A stretch of DNA of 64,000 bases from assembly GCF_036321535.1 (NCBI RefSeq), contig NC_087436.1, positions 10,168,001 through 10,232,000 on the forward strand, read 5' to 3'. Shown one piece after another: positions 12,034 through 24,899 of this stretch (positions are counted from its first letter, which is position 1; every line of letters starts with the position of its first letter). The DNA is from Camelus dromedarius. Lineage: Eukaryota. The notes below the pieces were generated by a model. The model searched no databases. It worked only from the letters and a program-made list of their open reading frames with translations, and was not told the origin of the DNA. The position numbers and the translations under genes were made by a program.

Positions 12034-14091
12034 AGAAACCCTTAAAAACTGGGTTTGTTTATAGATTCTTCAATCTAAGGAGCATTTTGATGAAGTGGCT
12101 GAGCCTCAAATAGAAAAATACTGGTGGGGCTGACAGGGATAAATCAAATCATCTGTAAAGACTCCTTTTAGTTCCAGACAATAGAAGCCCCGAAGCTGTC
12201 CCTTCCTCATCTCAGCAGCGTTTTAAGGAGAAGTGAAGCGTAAAGGGGTATCAGACCGCCACCTCCCTTTATAAACCCTCGCAGGGACCACGCAGGAATT
12301 CACCCGCCCGCACACGAGTCAGCGCAGAACCACCGCGCCCTCTCCCGGACGATCACATTACTGCACACGATACCCGGCACCAGCAGAAATTCTACAGACT
12401 TCATAAAATGTTCATCCGTATCTTTGTGTTTTCAGGTTTATATACAAAGTGTGAATATACGCTTTGCAAGCCCCAGGAATGAGAAGTGGGTTAACAAGGC
12501 AGGATCGAAATCTCGCTGTAACCAAGTTGTCCTGAAAGGGCAAATGCTAATTTATTCCTTGGGATGCTGAATGAAATTCAGTACCAGTTCACAAAAGACT
12601 GTGATAGAAAAGCAATAATCTGCACAAATGAACATAGCATCGGGGCTCCCCTGCCCAGCTTTATAAAAATAATGTGTACTTATGCTCGCAGGCCACGTGT
12701 CCAATGTCCACCCCTGGACCGCCCCCCCCCCAACACACACAAACACTACAGTTGGGGTGGAGGGGTGGGATTAAGAGGTGCCCCCTTGGTGCTCGGTTTT
12801 AAGAGGACACGTCTCTCCAGGCGGTCTCCGTGGAGCTGGTGGAAGGTCCCAGAAGCAGCAGGGAGGGCGGGGAGGCCTCTTTCCCCGCCAGCCCCCTGCC
12901 CTGCCCAGTTCGCAGACTCCCTTCACCCGCAAATACTGCAAAACCAGCTTCGCAAATATTAGCGCCTCGGACCTCGCTCACCCTTTCCAGGATCGCTGGG
13001 TCTCTAGCACCTGCTTTACTGACGTCGGCCTTTGGTCCCTTGTCCAAATCCCTCAACTATAGAAGGAAGTGAACAGAAACCCTGTTATTCACTCAGAAAT
13101 ATACAACAAGGTCTTTCTGAAAAGACCTCCAAATTCGAGTCTAAATTGATGCAGACATCGTTTCTGTGAAATTCACCATTTCTGTGAAAAACACCATTCT
13201 AGCGAGATGAAACTGAGCAAGCTTTCTAATTTAAAATTACTGGTATTTGGGTTCTGTCCTAAAGTATAAATTAAAGCACTGCCTAATGAGAATGCTTTTT
13301 AAAACTTTGTACCAGGGAAGAATACGGGCAGTTTATTTGCACAACATCTAAGTACACAGGGAGGAGGTGCTGCTTTACCAAGTCCATTTTTATTTCTTCC
13401 TTGACACAGCCCCGCTGCACTTTCCAACACTGCTAACAGCTAGAGGAGCCAGAATTTCAGCAAATCTGGAAAATGATAAAGCAAATGACCCCCACCAGGC
13501 GGCACGGGGCCCGCTGAGCTGGTGGCAGTGATGTGGTTTTCCAGGGTCCCCGGACCCGAGAATCCCTGCCAGCCTCCGGTAGGCCCTTCCCAGTCATTTC
13601 AGCAACTCAGCCTAAATGCAAGGGCTCATTTTAACTCTTTTTTTCCCCCCTGACCCCTGCATATCGTAGGGTGGGGTTTTACTGCATTAAGAGTGAAAAT
13701 AATACTAGGAGCAGCAAGGCTAGTTTATTCCGTTAGCTCCACGCCCAGTAGGATAGTTGTGCTTGAGGACAGGATGGAACCCAGCGGAAGTTCAGCAGCT
13801 GTAATACTGGCCAACTTTCTAGGGGGCCTGGCGGTCTGGGGCAGTGGTTCTAAAAGAGTGGCCCTCAGAAGCATCACCACCAGCGTGGGACTTGTTAGCG
13901 TTAAATTAATCAAAGAAGGATGTCAGGCGGTGGTGGTTCCAGTGCCCTGACGCCAAGACAGCCCACATTCTAAGCCTCTAAACGCCTCAAGGTTGGGACA
14001 CAGGAGCTCAAGGATCACCAGTCACAGCCACCTGTTGGCTCTAATCACTCGCCAGTCAGTGAGCTCCCCACTTAGCTTCTGCACTTTCTGT

Positions 14092-14633
14092 CACAGACAG
14101 ATGACTAGGTAAAGAAGATGTGGTATACACGTATGTATACACACACACACACACACACACACACAATGGAATATTACTCAGCCATAAAAGAGAATGAAAT
14201 AATGTCACTTAAAGCAACATGGATTGACCTAGAGAACGTCATTCTAAGTGAAGTAAGCCAGAAAGAGAAAGTAAAATACCATATGAGATCACTCATATGT
14301 GGAATCTAAAATATGACACAAATAACTTATTTATAAAACAGAAACAGACTCACATAGAAAACAAACTTATGGTTACCAGGAAGGAAGAGGGTTGGAAGGG
14401 ATAAATTGGGAGTTTGAGATCTGCAGATACTAACTAATATATATATAAAATAAATATACATAAAATAAATAAGTTTCTACTGTAGAGCACAGGGAACTAT
14501 ATTCAGTATCTTGTAATAACTTATATTGGAAAAGAATCTGAAAAAAATGTATATAAATGTACAACTGAATCACTATGCTGTTCCCCAGAAACTAACACAA
14601 TGTTATAAATCAACTATGCTTCAGTTAAAAATA
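14092..14633 (+). mobile_element. 5'-truncated L1 3' end (ORF2 C-terminus and 3' UTR) with internal (CA)n
   Basis: Translates as ...WY...TMEYYSAIKENEIMSLKATWIDLENVILSEVSQKEKVKYHMRSLICGI*, the L1 ORF2 C-terminus, then the 3' UTR motif agcacagggaactatattca. (CA)n at about 14139-14165. Confidence 0.92.
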
Positions 14634-15829
14634 AGGAGTACCCACAGTATAGGGCCAAGTTTAAGTCAGCTAATGCACATGAGCGAGACAAGTCTTAGGC
14701 ACTTAGAAGAAATCAATAAACGGTTGTCGTAACTTGAAACTTGCAGCACCACCGCCATACCAGACTCTGGGGGTTTCTGCCTTCATGTTGGTGCCACCAC
14801 TGAAGGATGGGGAGGGTGAGTTGGGATTTGGTGGTTTTTCAGATTTAGGGCCTCCTCCCCACCAAGTACAAACAGATTTTTCTGAATCCTGAATCTCACA
14901 GCAGAAAAACACGATCTGTTTTTATCAACTATTTATACAAAGAACGGCAGGGGGATGGATTTCTGTGCGTGCACTGGGTAGACGCTCCTAAAGGCGGCAC
15001 AGCGGTAACTTCCTTATTGTTCGGATTGGAGGAGATACCACAGGTCGCACTCCATGTCCCAGGAACTTTTCATTCTTTCTGTCTGGAAATTCAACTCAAA
15101 ATGGTAAAGCCACCCAAAGAGACACCGTTCTGGGTGACAGTTTCCAACAGAAAGTTCAAGGGACTCAAACATTCCAAAATAAACTGCGGCGCTGATGTGA
15201 GCGTGTGGAGGTGACGGTGTCTTTCCTGAGGAACGTGGTCCAGGAGGCAGCAGTGCTGCTCTGTCTCAGTGACGGCAAAGCCCAGGCGGCCACCTGAGGA
15301 CGGATAAGGAAAGAAACGGCTCGCGCTCCTCAAAGGTCATTCACTTGCACCTCTGCACACAGTGACTCTTAACGTCTGCTTTTCACAAAACCGTACTGAG
15401 ACCAACTGACAGGACTCTACACAGACAGCTCGCATCATTTTACAGGATTTACAGTAGTACCGGAACCGTCCAGCTGAGTAGAAAAGCAGACGTGTTGTAA
15501 GAAGGCAAATTCCACTTATCCCAAAATCCAAGCATGACTGCAACATTTTAAAGCTTGAGGAACAGCTGCACGTGTTGAAAGCAACGGCAGTGAAAATATC
15601 TCGTGCTGACGGGTTAAGCACCGTAGCCAGCTCAGTGCTGGGGGGAGAGAGAGGTCTCAGCCGCCCGATGAGAAGCTGCCCAATGCAAAGACACTCACAG
15701 AATTAGAGGCCAGGAGAACAGAAGATGTTGTGAAGATCTAGGGGGAGAGGGGGTCTGGGGTGGTGGGTGAGGAGAGATGTATGTTGTGACAGCCGCATGG
15801 AACATACTGGAAGCCACTCCTGCTCAGAG

Positions 15830-16010
15830 AGACCCTGGAGTCAAATGACAGGACGCAGACTCTGGGCTCAGGCCCCCTGGTCTAGCGCCGGGGGCAGGAA
15901 TCTCCCTGTCTGACTGGAGACAAAGAACCTCCCTCCTGAGCCCTCAGTTCCTGGTTGGTACAACTGAGATACTGACACCGTCCCTTGTACACGGCTGCCA
16001 CACAAGATAA
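15830..16010 (+). mobile_element. MIR SINE relic
   Basis: cagactctgggctcag...cctgagccctcagttcctggttggtacaactgagatact resembles the MIR core. Confidence 0.55.
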
Positions 16011-17708
16011 TATCCACACGTGGTTCGCACTTATAAACCCTCAGGGATCCCTAAGTGGTGTATGAAACAAAGTTTCATGTGGTTCCCAGATGTTTTACTA
16101 TGTCCATAGTGGGCTTTATAAAGTTATAATTACTTCCAAATTCCTTCAAATGTAACCAACTATGTTCACCTTTACCTCCATCACTGTCTTTGGTTTACAC
16201 CCTGCCGACTCTGCTCATTTGTTACCTGCTTGGTGCTTGTGGGCAACTGAATTTGTGACTCTTGAAGTGTGAGCCTCAATAAACAAAGGTTTTCAGAGAG
16301 ATGGAAGCCACGCTGTGCAAAACAGACACTCAGAGCTTTCAGGATCTTGATAAGAGCTGTCGATCTCAGAAGCCAGCACGAAGAGGTGTCAGGAGGGCCA
16401 GCAGGTACTAAAAGATGCCCAGGAGAGAGCAGCCAGGAAGATCCAAGTTATTGAATTGATTTGCTAGAAAGAGTTTATTAGGAAACTAGTGTGTGAGAAT
16501 ATTAATCTTACGGGTATAAACAGTCTACAAATATTGCGGCTAGTAAATCCAAGGTTTCTAAAATACTTGTATAAAACAGATGCGCTAAATTCAGCCAACT
16601 TTATCAGGATTAAAATTTTCTCCCTAAAAAATGTATGTATATTTCATTATGCCAGAAATTAACAGATTGTAAACTGACTATACTTTAATAAAAAAGAAAA
16701 ATATGCATATTTCATATTAAATGGATATCTAAACATATGACTCTGACATATCATTGAGCAAGTTTTCTTACAAATCTTTCCCAACTGCCCTTTGTTTCCT
16801 TGCAAGGAGCTCACGAGAAATTGGACTTGCCCAAAGGTTTTGAGCAAGGTGTTCGTAATGTAAACGGTTTGCTGAGGGAAATCATCCACTAGAGGGCGCA
16901 AAAACATCACACATGAAGATGATTTGCGTGGCAAATAAAGAAATGGACAAACGCCTGTCTTACAGGCGTTATTATGCAGTTCTGGGGTACGTATGCCTTG
17001 GAATTGCTATGGCACCAGTTAAAAGGCGGATTCCTAGGCTCTGTCAGATCCATATCTGCATTCTTAATAAGCACTCCGAGCAATTTTTATGCATGTGGAA
17101 GTTTGAGGATTACTTTCCCGAAGGGGAAAAATCCAGAAAGATACTTTGCAGAGGAGCTGTAATTTCTAACACATTTTCACAAGGGTGGCAATATCCTCAC
17201 CTCCCTCCCTCCCCCTCAACAAAAAACAGCCCACTTAAAATTAACCTGTTGTCATGTAGGAACATAAATTACTTAAAGAATTAATAGGTGCAATTAAACA
17301 AAGTTACTTTAAAGATATTTAAACAATACTGGGTTGTCTGTTTTCTCTTGAAGATTATGGTGAAAATATTGTAAGGCACACTCTGGTCGTGACATCAGTG
17401 TTACTGCTTCAGCCACGCGGAGCCAGTGGGGAAACCTACAGCGCCGTGTCCAGGGGATGCTTAACCATCGGCTGTAACTTCAAAAAGAAAGCAGGAAGAA
17501 TGGTGGGACTACAACTCACAGGATGGGATGGCCCATCTCCTCTTCCTCATGGATTCGAGCCCTCGCCTGGGACTCTGGGATTCTCCACTGCCACCCACGG
17601 TATCCCTCCAGAAGCCCATTTCTCTTCAGTGAGCACCCATGGTGCCCATGGGGTCTGCACAGCCCAGGTACCAACTCTGAGCCAACATGATCACAGCCTT
17701 GCACTTTA

Positions 17709-17850
17709 TTTATTCATTTATTTAACTTATTTTTACATTTTGGGGGGGGGCTAATTAGGTTTATTTATTTTAATGCAGGCAGGGGGGATTGAACCCAGGA
17801 CCTCATGCATGCTAAGCACACACTCTACCACTGAGCTACACCCTCCCCCC
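17709..17850 (-). mobile_element. tRNA-derived SINE (Vic-1 type) with 16-bp TSD
   Basis: Reverse-complement A and B boxes (gggattgaacccaggacctc...ctgagctaca). TSD acagccttg(c/t)acttta at 17693-17708 and 17851-17866. Confidence 0.93.
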
Positions 17851-17929
17851 ACAGCCTTGTACTTTAGGAGAACGTGCCTGTTCACCAAGCAGAAGCAGAA
17901 ACTAGAAGATGTTTAAAAAGACCCAGTTT

Positions 17930-18153
17930 GGAGTTTGGGATTAACAGATACGCACTACTGTATATAAAACAGATAAACAACAAGATCCTGCTGTACAGCA
18001 CAGGGAACTGTTTTCAGTATCTTGTAATAGCCTCTAATGGAAAACAATCTGAACTAGAATATATATATATAAAACTGTATCACTTTGCTGTACACCTGAA
18101 ACATTGTAAATCAACTATACAATAATATATATATGCATATATTGAAAAAAATT
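17930..18153 (+). mobile_element. Short L1 3' UTR fragment with TSD
   Basis: ggagtttgggattaacagatac...cagcacagggaact...aatcaactatac, flanked by aagaccca(g/a)ttt. Confidence 0.88.
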
Positions 18154-18164
18154 AAGACCCAATT

Positions 18165-18240
18165 TCACCCCCGTTTTTCAGATGAATAAACTGAGGCTCA
18201 GAGAACTGAATTGATTTGCCCAGAGTAATACAGTTAGCTA
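18165..18240 (-). mobile_element. MIR core fragment
   Basis: cccgtttttcagatgaataaactgaggctcagaga...gatttgcccagagtaatacag. Confidence 0.75.
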
Positions 18241-19151
18241 TTACTTAGTAAGACTTAATACAGTAAGTTATTAGGAGATTTTGTCTAATTTTATTGGGGA
18301 GTAGGTTTTTCCATTCAGAAGCTAATTACTGAAGCCTCACATGGTATTGGATATTTATTCTAGGTGCCAGGTGACAAGGTAGCCAAGATACATGCTTTCA
18401 TGACATTTAAGTCGGTGTCACAATTGTGGACTTCTGTGTATTTGTTAGAACAGGGGAATGTATAATTGCCCATCGATCAGATATAATGGGCTTTTGTTTC
18501 ATAAGTACTTCTGTCCCTTTTGTGTCTTATTGTGTGTGCGTGTGTGTGTGTGTGTACATCTGTACTTATCTAAAATATTCCTTTGGGTGGCAGCAAAGAA
18601 AAAGGGACATTTCTCCCGAGAACTGCTGCTGTAGACTAGTGCAAGCCGATCCTACTGACAGCCCACTGTCAACGCTTATTGTCATGCGTCCAAAAAAAAC
18701 CAAAAAAAATTCCTGCACCCAATTTCCAACCTACTTTAGCAGCTGTATCACATCTGAACATTGCACATAATGTGACTGGGTTTGAATTTTTTGTCATCGC
18801 TGTTTCTGTTGCCATTGTTTCTACTCTTAGAGTATTTTAGCCACATATTTATTTGAAATAAATCAGATAAACACATCGTCTACTCCAGCTTCAGTGGCCG
18901 CCAGTGAAGCTTCCATCTCTCTCAATATTGATTCAGATTTTGGATATAATAATACAAATAAAACAAATAGTATTTTTGTTAATGTAATTTACAATCAGTT
19001 TTATCAGTCCTTTGATCTCAAGCATAATTAATTGGCTCAATATATTACCTCTGAACTTGTTTTTGGCACTTTGGAGATGCAGCCTTTGCTAAGAGTTTTG
19101 TCCGAAAACTGAAGACCTTGGATTAAAGAGCTCTTCGACTTTCCAGGGACA

Positions 19152-19637
19152 CAGGCACACCTCAGGGGTAAGTGGTGTCAGTTCTAGGTTCACAATAACA
19201 TGAACATCGCAACCGGTGGGTCACATGAGTTTTCTTTTTTTCCCAGTGCATACAATAGTACGTTCACACTATACTGTAGTCTACTAAGTGTGCATTATGT
19301 CTAAAAAACAATGTACGTGCTTTAATTAAATACTACTTTTTTTTCCTAAACAATGCTAACCATCATCTGAGCCTTCAGTGAGTTTTTATCTTTTTGCAAT
19401 TGTAACATCAAAGATCACTGGTCGCAGATCACCGTCCAAACACAGTAATAATGAAAAAGTATGGAGTATTGGAAGAATTTCCAAAATGTGGCCCAGAGAC
19501 ATGAAGTGAGCAAACGCTGTTGGAAAAATGGTGCCGACAGACTTGATCGATGCAGGGTTGCCACAATTCCTCAGTTTGTAAAAGATGCAACATCTGCGAA
19601 GCACAATAAAGCAACGCACAGTAACGTGGAATGCCTG
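19152..19637 (-). mobile_element. Internally deleted non-autonomous Tigger1 (TcMar) element
   Basis: Inverted termini caggcac... and ...atgcctg followed by TA. Both ends match the Tigger1 5' and 3' ends as recalled and join near 19395; no transposase ORF. Confidence 0.88.
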
Positions 19638-21654
19638 TATACGAATTCCCTGAACTCTGTGTAAAATGTCACGTGTGTGTTTCCTTTTTCCGGGGAGCAG
19701 TCCGTAATCTGCACTGGATTCTCAGAGGTCTGAGACACTTCCCAGATTTCAATCCTTTGTTTTAAACTGCTCTCCCTTGATTGGTTTAATAATACCAGGT
19801 ACACTCACTTCTTACAAAATAAAGAAGCTCTGGGTCAGAGAAGGGCGGGAGGCACCTATCATCTCCACAGGCTGGAAATGAAACTTGCGGTTTGGGGACT
19901 TGATGTGTCGGGGACACAGAAGACTGCAACCACAGCTGGCCAGATTTCCTCATTTGCAGAACCCAGAACAGGTTCCAACCCCAAAGGCTGCTTCCCAGCC
20001 TGCTGGGTGGTGTGAGAGAACGGGTGATGCCTGTTCATGTTGTCATGGAAACGGTCAACTGTGTTCCCGCATTTGGCTGCATAAAACCCTCAACTATGTC
20101 CCATCCTGCCAGCTCCAGAGACACTTTTCCTCCTTTTATGAAGATGTCGCTTTGACCTGAGAAAGCTTCTGAGTGGGCTAAGAATCTCCCTTCAGTTCCG
20201 AGGACATCGGAACAGTTTGTTCAGGTCCTTGTCAAGGCGTTTGTTTCAGGCAATGATTCTTAGGTCTGACTGCTTGCTCTCGGTGGGGAATTTCTTGAGA
20301 CACACATGAGAGTTGTTCACATTCTGGGACAGATTCCATTTTTCTTCCTGGAGCTTAAGAGTGAGAAGTGAATATGAAAGAATCTCTTATTCAAAAGCCC
20401 TTATTTAATGGTCTGTCATTTTCGCCCTGTCGCTTTGGAAATCTAGTAACAATGGGTCGGCTGCGTCTTCCTCTACACCCTTCATTCTCAGCTACTGAAT
20501 TCCAAAAATAAACACCTTTTTCCACAGCAGATTCACTGCCAACTTCTCTAGTACCATGGAATCCCTGCAGAGGGATACAAATTCAGTAGTAAGACAATCT
20601 GATGTCATTCTAATCACTTATTCTTATAAAAACGAAGAGGCAATGCTCAGTTTCCACGGTGGAAGGACAGGCGGTGAGGTGGGGAGACTGGGCGGAACCA
20701 GGTGACAAAGAGCCTTGAGTATCAACACGAAGTGGGGGACGAGGGGCGTGGGAGGGACACAGATGGATTAATATGCGCAGAGAAGTTGATAACGTTCCTC
20801 CCAGATTTCCTTCCTGGAATTTGTTAGAAAGATCTTTCTTTCTGACTGGTTGAGTGAAAAGCAAGACCGCATGGGGCACGAGCCTGGGCTGACCTCTCAG
20901 TGGGAGACAACGAAGAGCGTGTCCGTCCTTCCGAGGAGACGGGGGTGTGGAGCCAGGGAGGCGCCGGAGGAAGGCGGAGGCTCTGGCTTCACGACGGGAT
21001 GTGTCTCCTGCTCCTGAACTCAGGTGAGTGTATTGGGGACAAAATCTACAAAGTGGTTGATTTTTGAGATCAGATTTATATGAACAGCAGTGGGATCGCC
21101 TGTATGTACAGAGTGTGCAGGAACAGAGAAAATAAAACAGGTGCTTGCAGAGAGCAGGGGGAAGATGTGGTGTGTCCCAGACCATGAATTTGAAGTCTGG
21201 GTCAAGTGTAAGCAAATTTCCAAGGCGTAAGGTAGAAAGGATTTTAGGGGTTAGAGTTAGCGGGGTGCTAGAGAGCCCGTTCTTATAGCTGTGGGGAGGA
21301 GGAACTGGAGAGAGGGTGATGAACCAGTAACCCCCGCGACCAGTTTTGCCCTCTCTGGGTGGACTGACGTGTCGACAGGCGGTCATATCACCTATGACTT
21401 ACTTTGGAGAGCGCTGATTCTCTGTCTCAGGGGCCAACTCCCTTAACTTCCTGTCTTCAGACTAAACATGTATTTATAACTGCATCACACCCTTCTCACT
21501 TCCTTTCCTGTTATTTAAGAGGACAGCATGTCCCTCTACAGTCCAAATGAGTCATTCTCCATGACACTTCACCCTTTGATTGTATCTTTTCATTTATTTT
21601 TAACTTCTCTCTCTCTGTGTATATCTCCTTTCCCTTTAACATGAAAACCTGCTT

Positions 21655-21722
21655 CCAGAAAGAGAAAGAAAAATACCATATGATATCGCTTACATGTGGA
21701 ATCCAAAAAAAAAAAAAGAAAA
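21655..21722 (+). mobile_element. Tiny L1 fragment ending in an A-tract just after the ORF2 end
   Basis: ccagaaagagaaagaaaaataccatatgatatcgcttacatgtggaatcc followed by an A-run; near-identical to 34207-34256. Confidence 0.85.
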
Positions 21723-22384
21723 TTTAATCTTGAATACGTTTATCTCTTCGGTGCACCAGCAGGATGGATGTGGGGAGATACGGGAAGTAGTTGACAGTAA
21801 AGACAGTACAAAGGCTCCTTTTGTGCTAACAAGAGGTCAGAGGACAGAAGGAGCAGGAAAAACATAGCCACTGGGAGCCTGGGTGACAATCAGGGTCACC
21901 TAGAGGCTGCTCTGGAGGGCAGAGGTTCCCGGCTCACGGAGAACGTGGAGAGTGGGTCTAACAGAGGACCACTTGGGAAGAAGGCTTAAAGGATGACAGG
22001 AGGGTCTCAGTCATTCCCAGAGACCATCCATCCTCAACCTAACTCAACCATCCACCCTCTGCTTGTCCGCATGTGTCCCAGGCCCCTCATTCCTCCCGAC
22101 AGTGGAGCCCAGGAGGACCAGAGTGTCTCCATCCATCCATTCACTCCATGGCTACCAAGAGGAGTCTCCTCTTCTCGGCCACATTGCTTCTCCCAGAACC
22201 TATCTGCATAATCGGCACGAACACTCCCCTTTACAGTGTCTCAGGACATTTGCATGTGTGGGAAGGGAGGTCAGCTGTGAGTACTAGTGGAGTGGTAACC
22301 AGGAAGCCTTCTGCCCTGTAGTTAGCAAGGAGAGGCAGGAGCGAAACAACCGGGAGACACGAAGCCTCAAACTGTTTTCTTCTT

Positions 22385-24230
22385 TACACAATTTAAAAAC
22401 ACAACTTTATGGAGAAATAATTGACATGTATCCTGCACATATTTAAAATGTAAGAACTGACACGTTTGGACATACATTATACACCTCTGACACTATCACC
22501 ACACATCGGTCATCCCCTGAAGCTTCCCCTTTGCCTTTTGAAATCACTCCCACCCAGCCCTCCCGGCCCCCAGGCAGCCTGTCGTATGCTTTTGGTCACC
22601 ATATATTAGTAAGCATTTTGTAGAGTTTTATATAAATGGAATATCCCACAATTTATTTGTCCACTTGATGAACATTCAGGTTGTATCCAGTTTGGGGCTA
22701 TTAAAATCAGAGATGCTGTGAACTTTCACGTACAAGTCGTTGTATGGACATAGGTTTTTATTTCTGTTGGATAAATGCCCAGGGGTGAAATGGCGAGACT
22801 CTATGTTAGATCCATGAGTCACTATTTAAAAAACTGCCAAGCTGTTCTCCAAAGAGGTTACATCATTTGATATTTCCACAAGCAGTGTGTGAAAGGTGCC
22901 AGTTCCTTCATAGTGATCCCAACTCTCGGTGTGATCAGTCTGTTTAATTTTGGCCATTTTAATAGATGTGTAGTGCTATCACTGTGGTTTTAATTTGCAT
23001 TTCTCTCATGATTAACGATGCTGAACATCTTTTTGTTTTTATTTGCCAGCTGTTTATCTTCTTTGATGAAGTGTCTATTGAAATTTCTTGCCCATTTTAA
23101 TTTATGGGGTTTTGAAGTTCCTTATGTATGTGGGGTACAAGTTCTTTGCCAGATACGTGATTTGGAAATATTTTTCCCAGTGTGTGATTTGTCATTTCAT
23201 TATCTTAACAGTGACTTCTGAATAGTAGATGTTTTTCATTTTGACAAAGTCCAATTTAGCAATTTGTCCTTTTATGAATCTTGCTTTTGGTGTCATACCT
23301 ACATGTCTTTGCCTAATCCAAAGTCATAAAGGTTTCCCCTGCGTTTTCTTCTAGAAGTATTTCTATTTTAGGTTTTGCAATTATAGAATACATTTTGAAT
23401 TCATTTTTGTGTATGGCAGGAGACGTGGATCATAATTTATTTTTTGCATTTATAAAAAAGGCCATCCTTTCCCAACTGAGTTGCTTTTGCACCTCTGTCA
23501 AAAATTATTTGACTGTATCTGTGTGGGTCTATTTTTGGATTCTCTATTCTGGTCCACTGCCAGTTGTCAGTCTTGACAACTATGCTACATGGCCTTAATT
23601 CCTGCAGCTGTAAAAGCCTTTACATCAGGGAACGTTATTCCTCTAATTCTGTCCTTCTTTTTCAAAGTTCGTTTGGCTATTGTAGTTTCTTTGCATTTCT
23701 ATATACATTTTATACTTAGTTTGACAATTTATTTTAAAAATGTCTGCTGGTGTTTTTATTGGAATTGTGTTAATATGCCGATGATCTTGGGCTGGGGAAA
23801 ACGGACCTCTTCATAAGGCTGAGTCTTCCAGTCCACGGATAGATCTTTCCATTATTTCAGGTCTTTAATTTCTCTCAGCAACATTTTGTTTCTTTCAGTG
23901 TACAGGTCTTCTGCTTCTTTTGTCAGATTTATCCCTAGGTACTTAATGTTAATGCTATTGCAAATTATGTTATTAAAAAAATTCTACTATATAGTTTATT
24001 ACTATATAGAAATGGATTTGATTTTTGTATGTTGAGCTCATGCCCTGCAATCTTGCTAAGTTCACTCCGTAGTCCTGGTAGCTTTTTGGAGACCCCACCA
24101 GATTTTCTACGTAATCAGGTGATCTGCAAACAAATACAGTTTTACTTAGTTCTTTCCAATTTAGATTTGTTTTTCTTGCATTATTACACTGGCTAGAACC
24201 TTCAGTACAACGTTGAATAGGTTTTATTTT
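22385..24230 (-). mobile_element. Old L1M (L1MB/MC-type) fragment: 3' UTR plus decayed ORF2
   Basis: T-rich strand with classic motifs (tccagtttggggctatt; ctgtggttttaatttgcatttctct; tttgcctaatccaaagtcataaagg; gatttttgtatgttgagctcatgccctgcaatcttgct). Confidence 0.88.
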
Positions 24231-24299
24231 TAAATGAAAAGAGATTATACTAATATACTTCAATGGAAAGTTTTTAAGCTTAATATATCATGAAATGTC

Positions 24300-24870
24300 A
24301 CTGTATTTCATGTGAGTGGTTGCATAATGGCTAGCATATAACTCAACTTAAGTCTATATTACCAGCCGCTATTGGAGATTTTGGTTGGTTTTGGTCTAAT
24401 ATCTAAATATTTTGGTCTATCTCAAAGTCATACAGATTTTCTCCTCCGTTTTCCTCCAAGAGTGCAATTATTTTTGGTTTAAACATTTTGCTGTTCACTG
24501 TTCCTGTGCCAGGAATTCATGTAGCAGAATACTGTGCAATGGTTACTTCATTACAGTAAATTTTTAGACATGAAATTTAAGGGAGAAATTGTATGAAATA
24601 TTGAAGACTTCTGATACGTACAGCCAAACTGCCCTCCAGGAAAATGACACCAAGTGATCTCACTGCTAGCATGTCTTAAATGTCAATTGAAGAGGATAAA
24701 ATTGGTACCAGGCTGTTGTTTAAATTTTCACGTTTTAGATTGCTGCTAAGGTGGAATTGCATGTGTGTGTGTGTGTTTACTGACTATTTGCATTTCTTTG
24801 TGAATTGCTTTTTCTTATATATTTTTTTTCCTATTGGTTGCTCATCTTACTGATTTTTAAGAACTCGTTC
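24300..24870 (-). mobile_element. Very old L1ME-type fragment
   Basis: gccaaactgccctccaggaaa; tttactgactatttgcatttctttgtgaattgc; ttttttcctattggttg. Confidence 0.55.
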
Positions 24871-24899
24871 ATGTTTTTTGCCAGTAAAAACTCCATTCT

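Noticed and set aside
19995..20020. GWCE peptide resembling the MARCH1 N-terminus (MLGWCE)
   Set aside because: Wrong strand and position, only four residues; coincidence.
20610..21386. 258-aa ORF
   Set aside because: No homology recognised and no coding-like composition.
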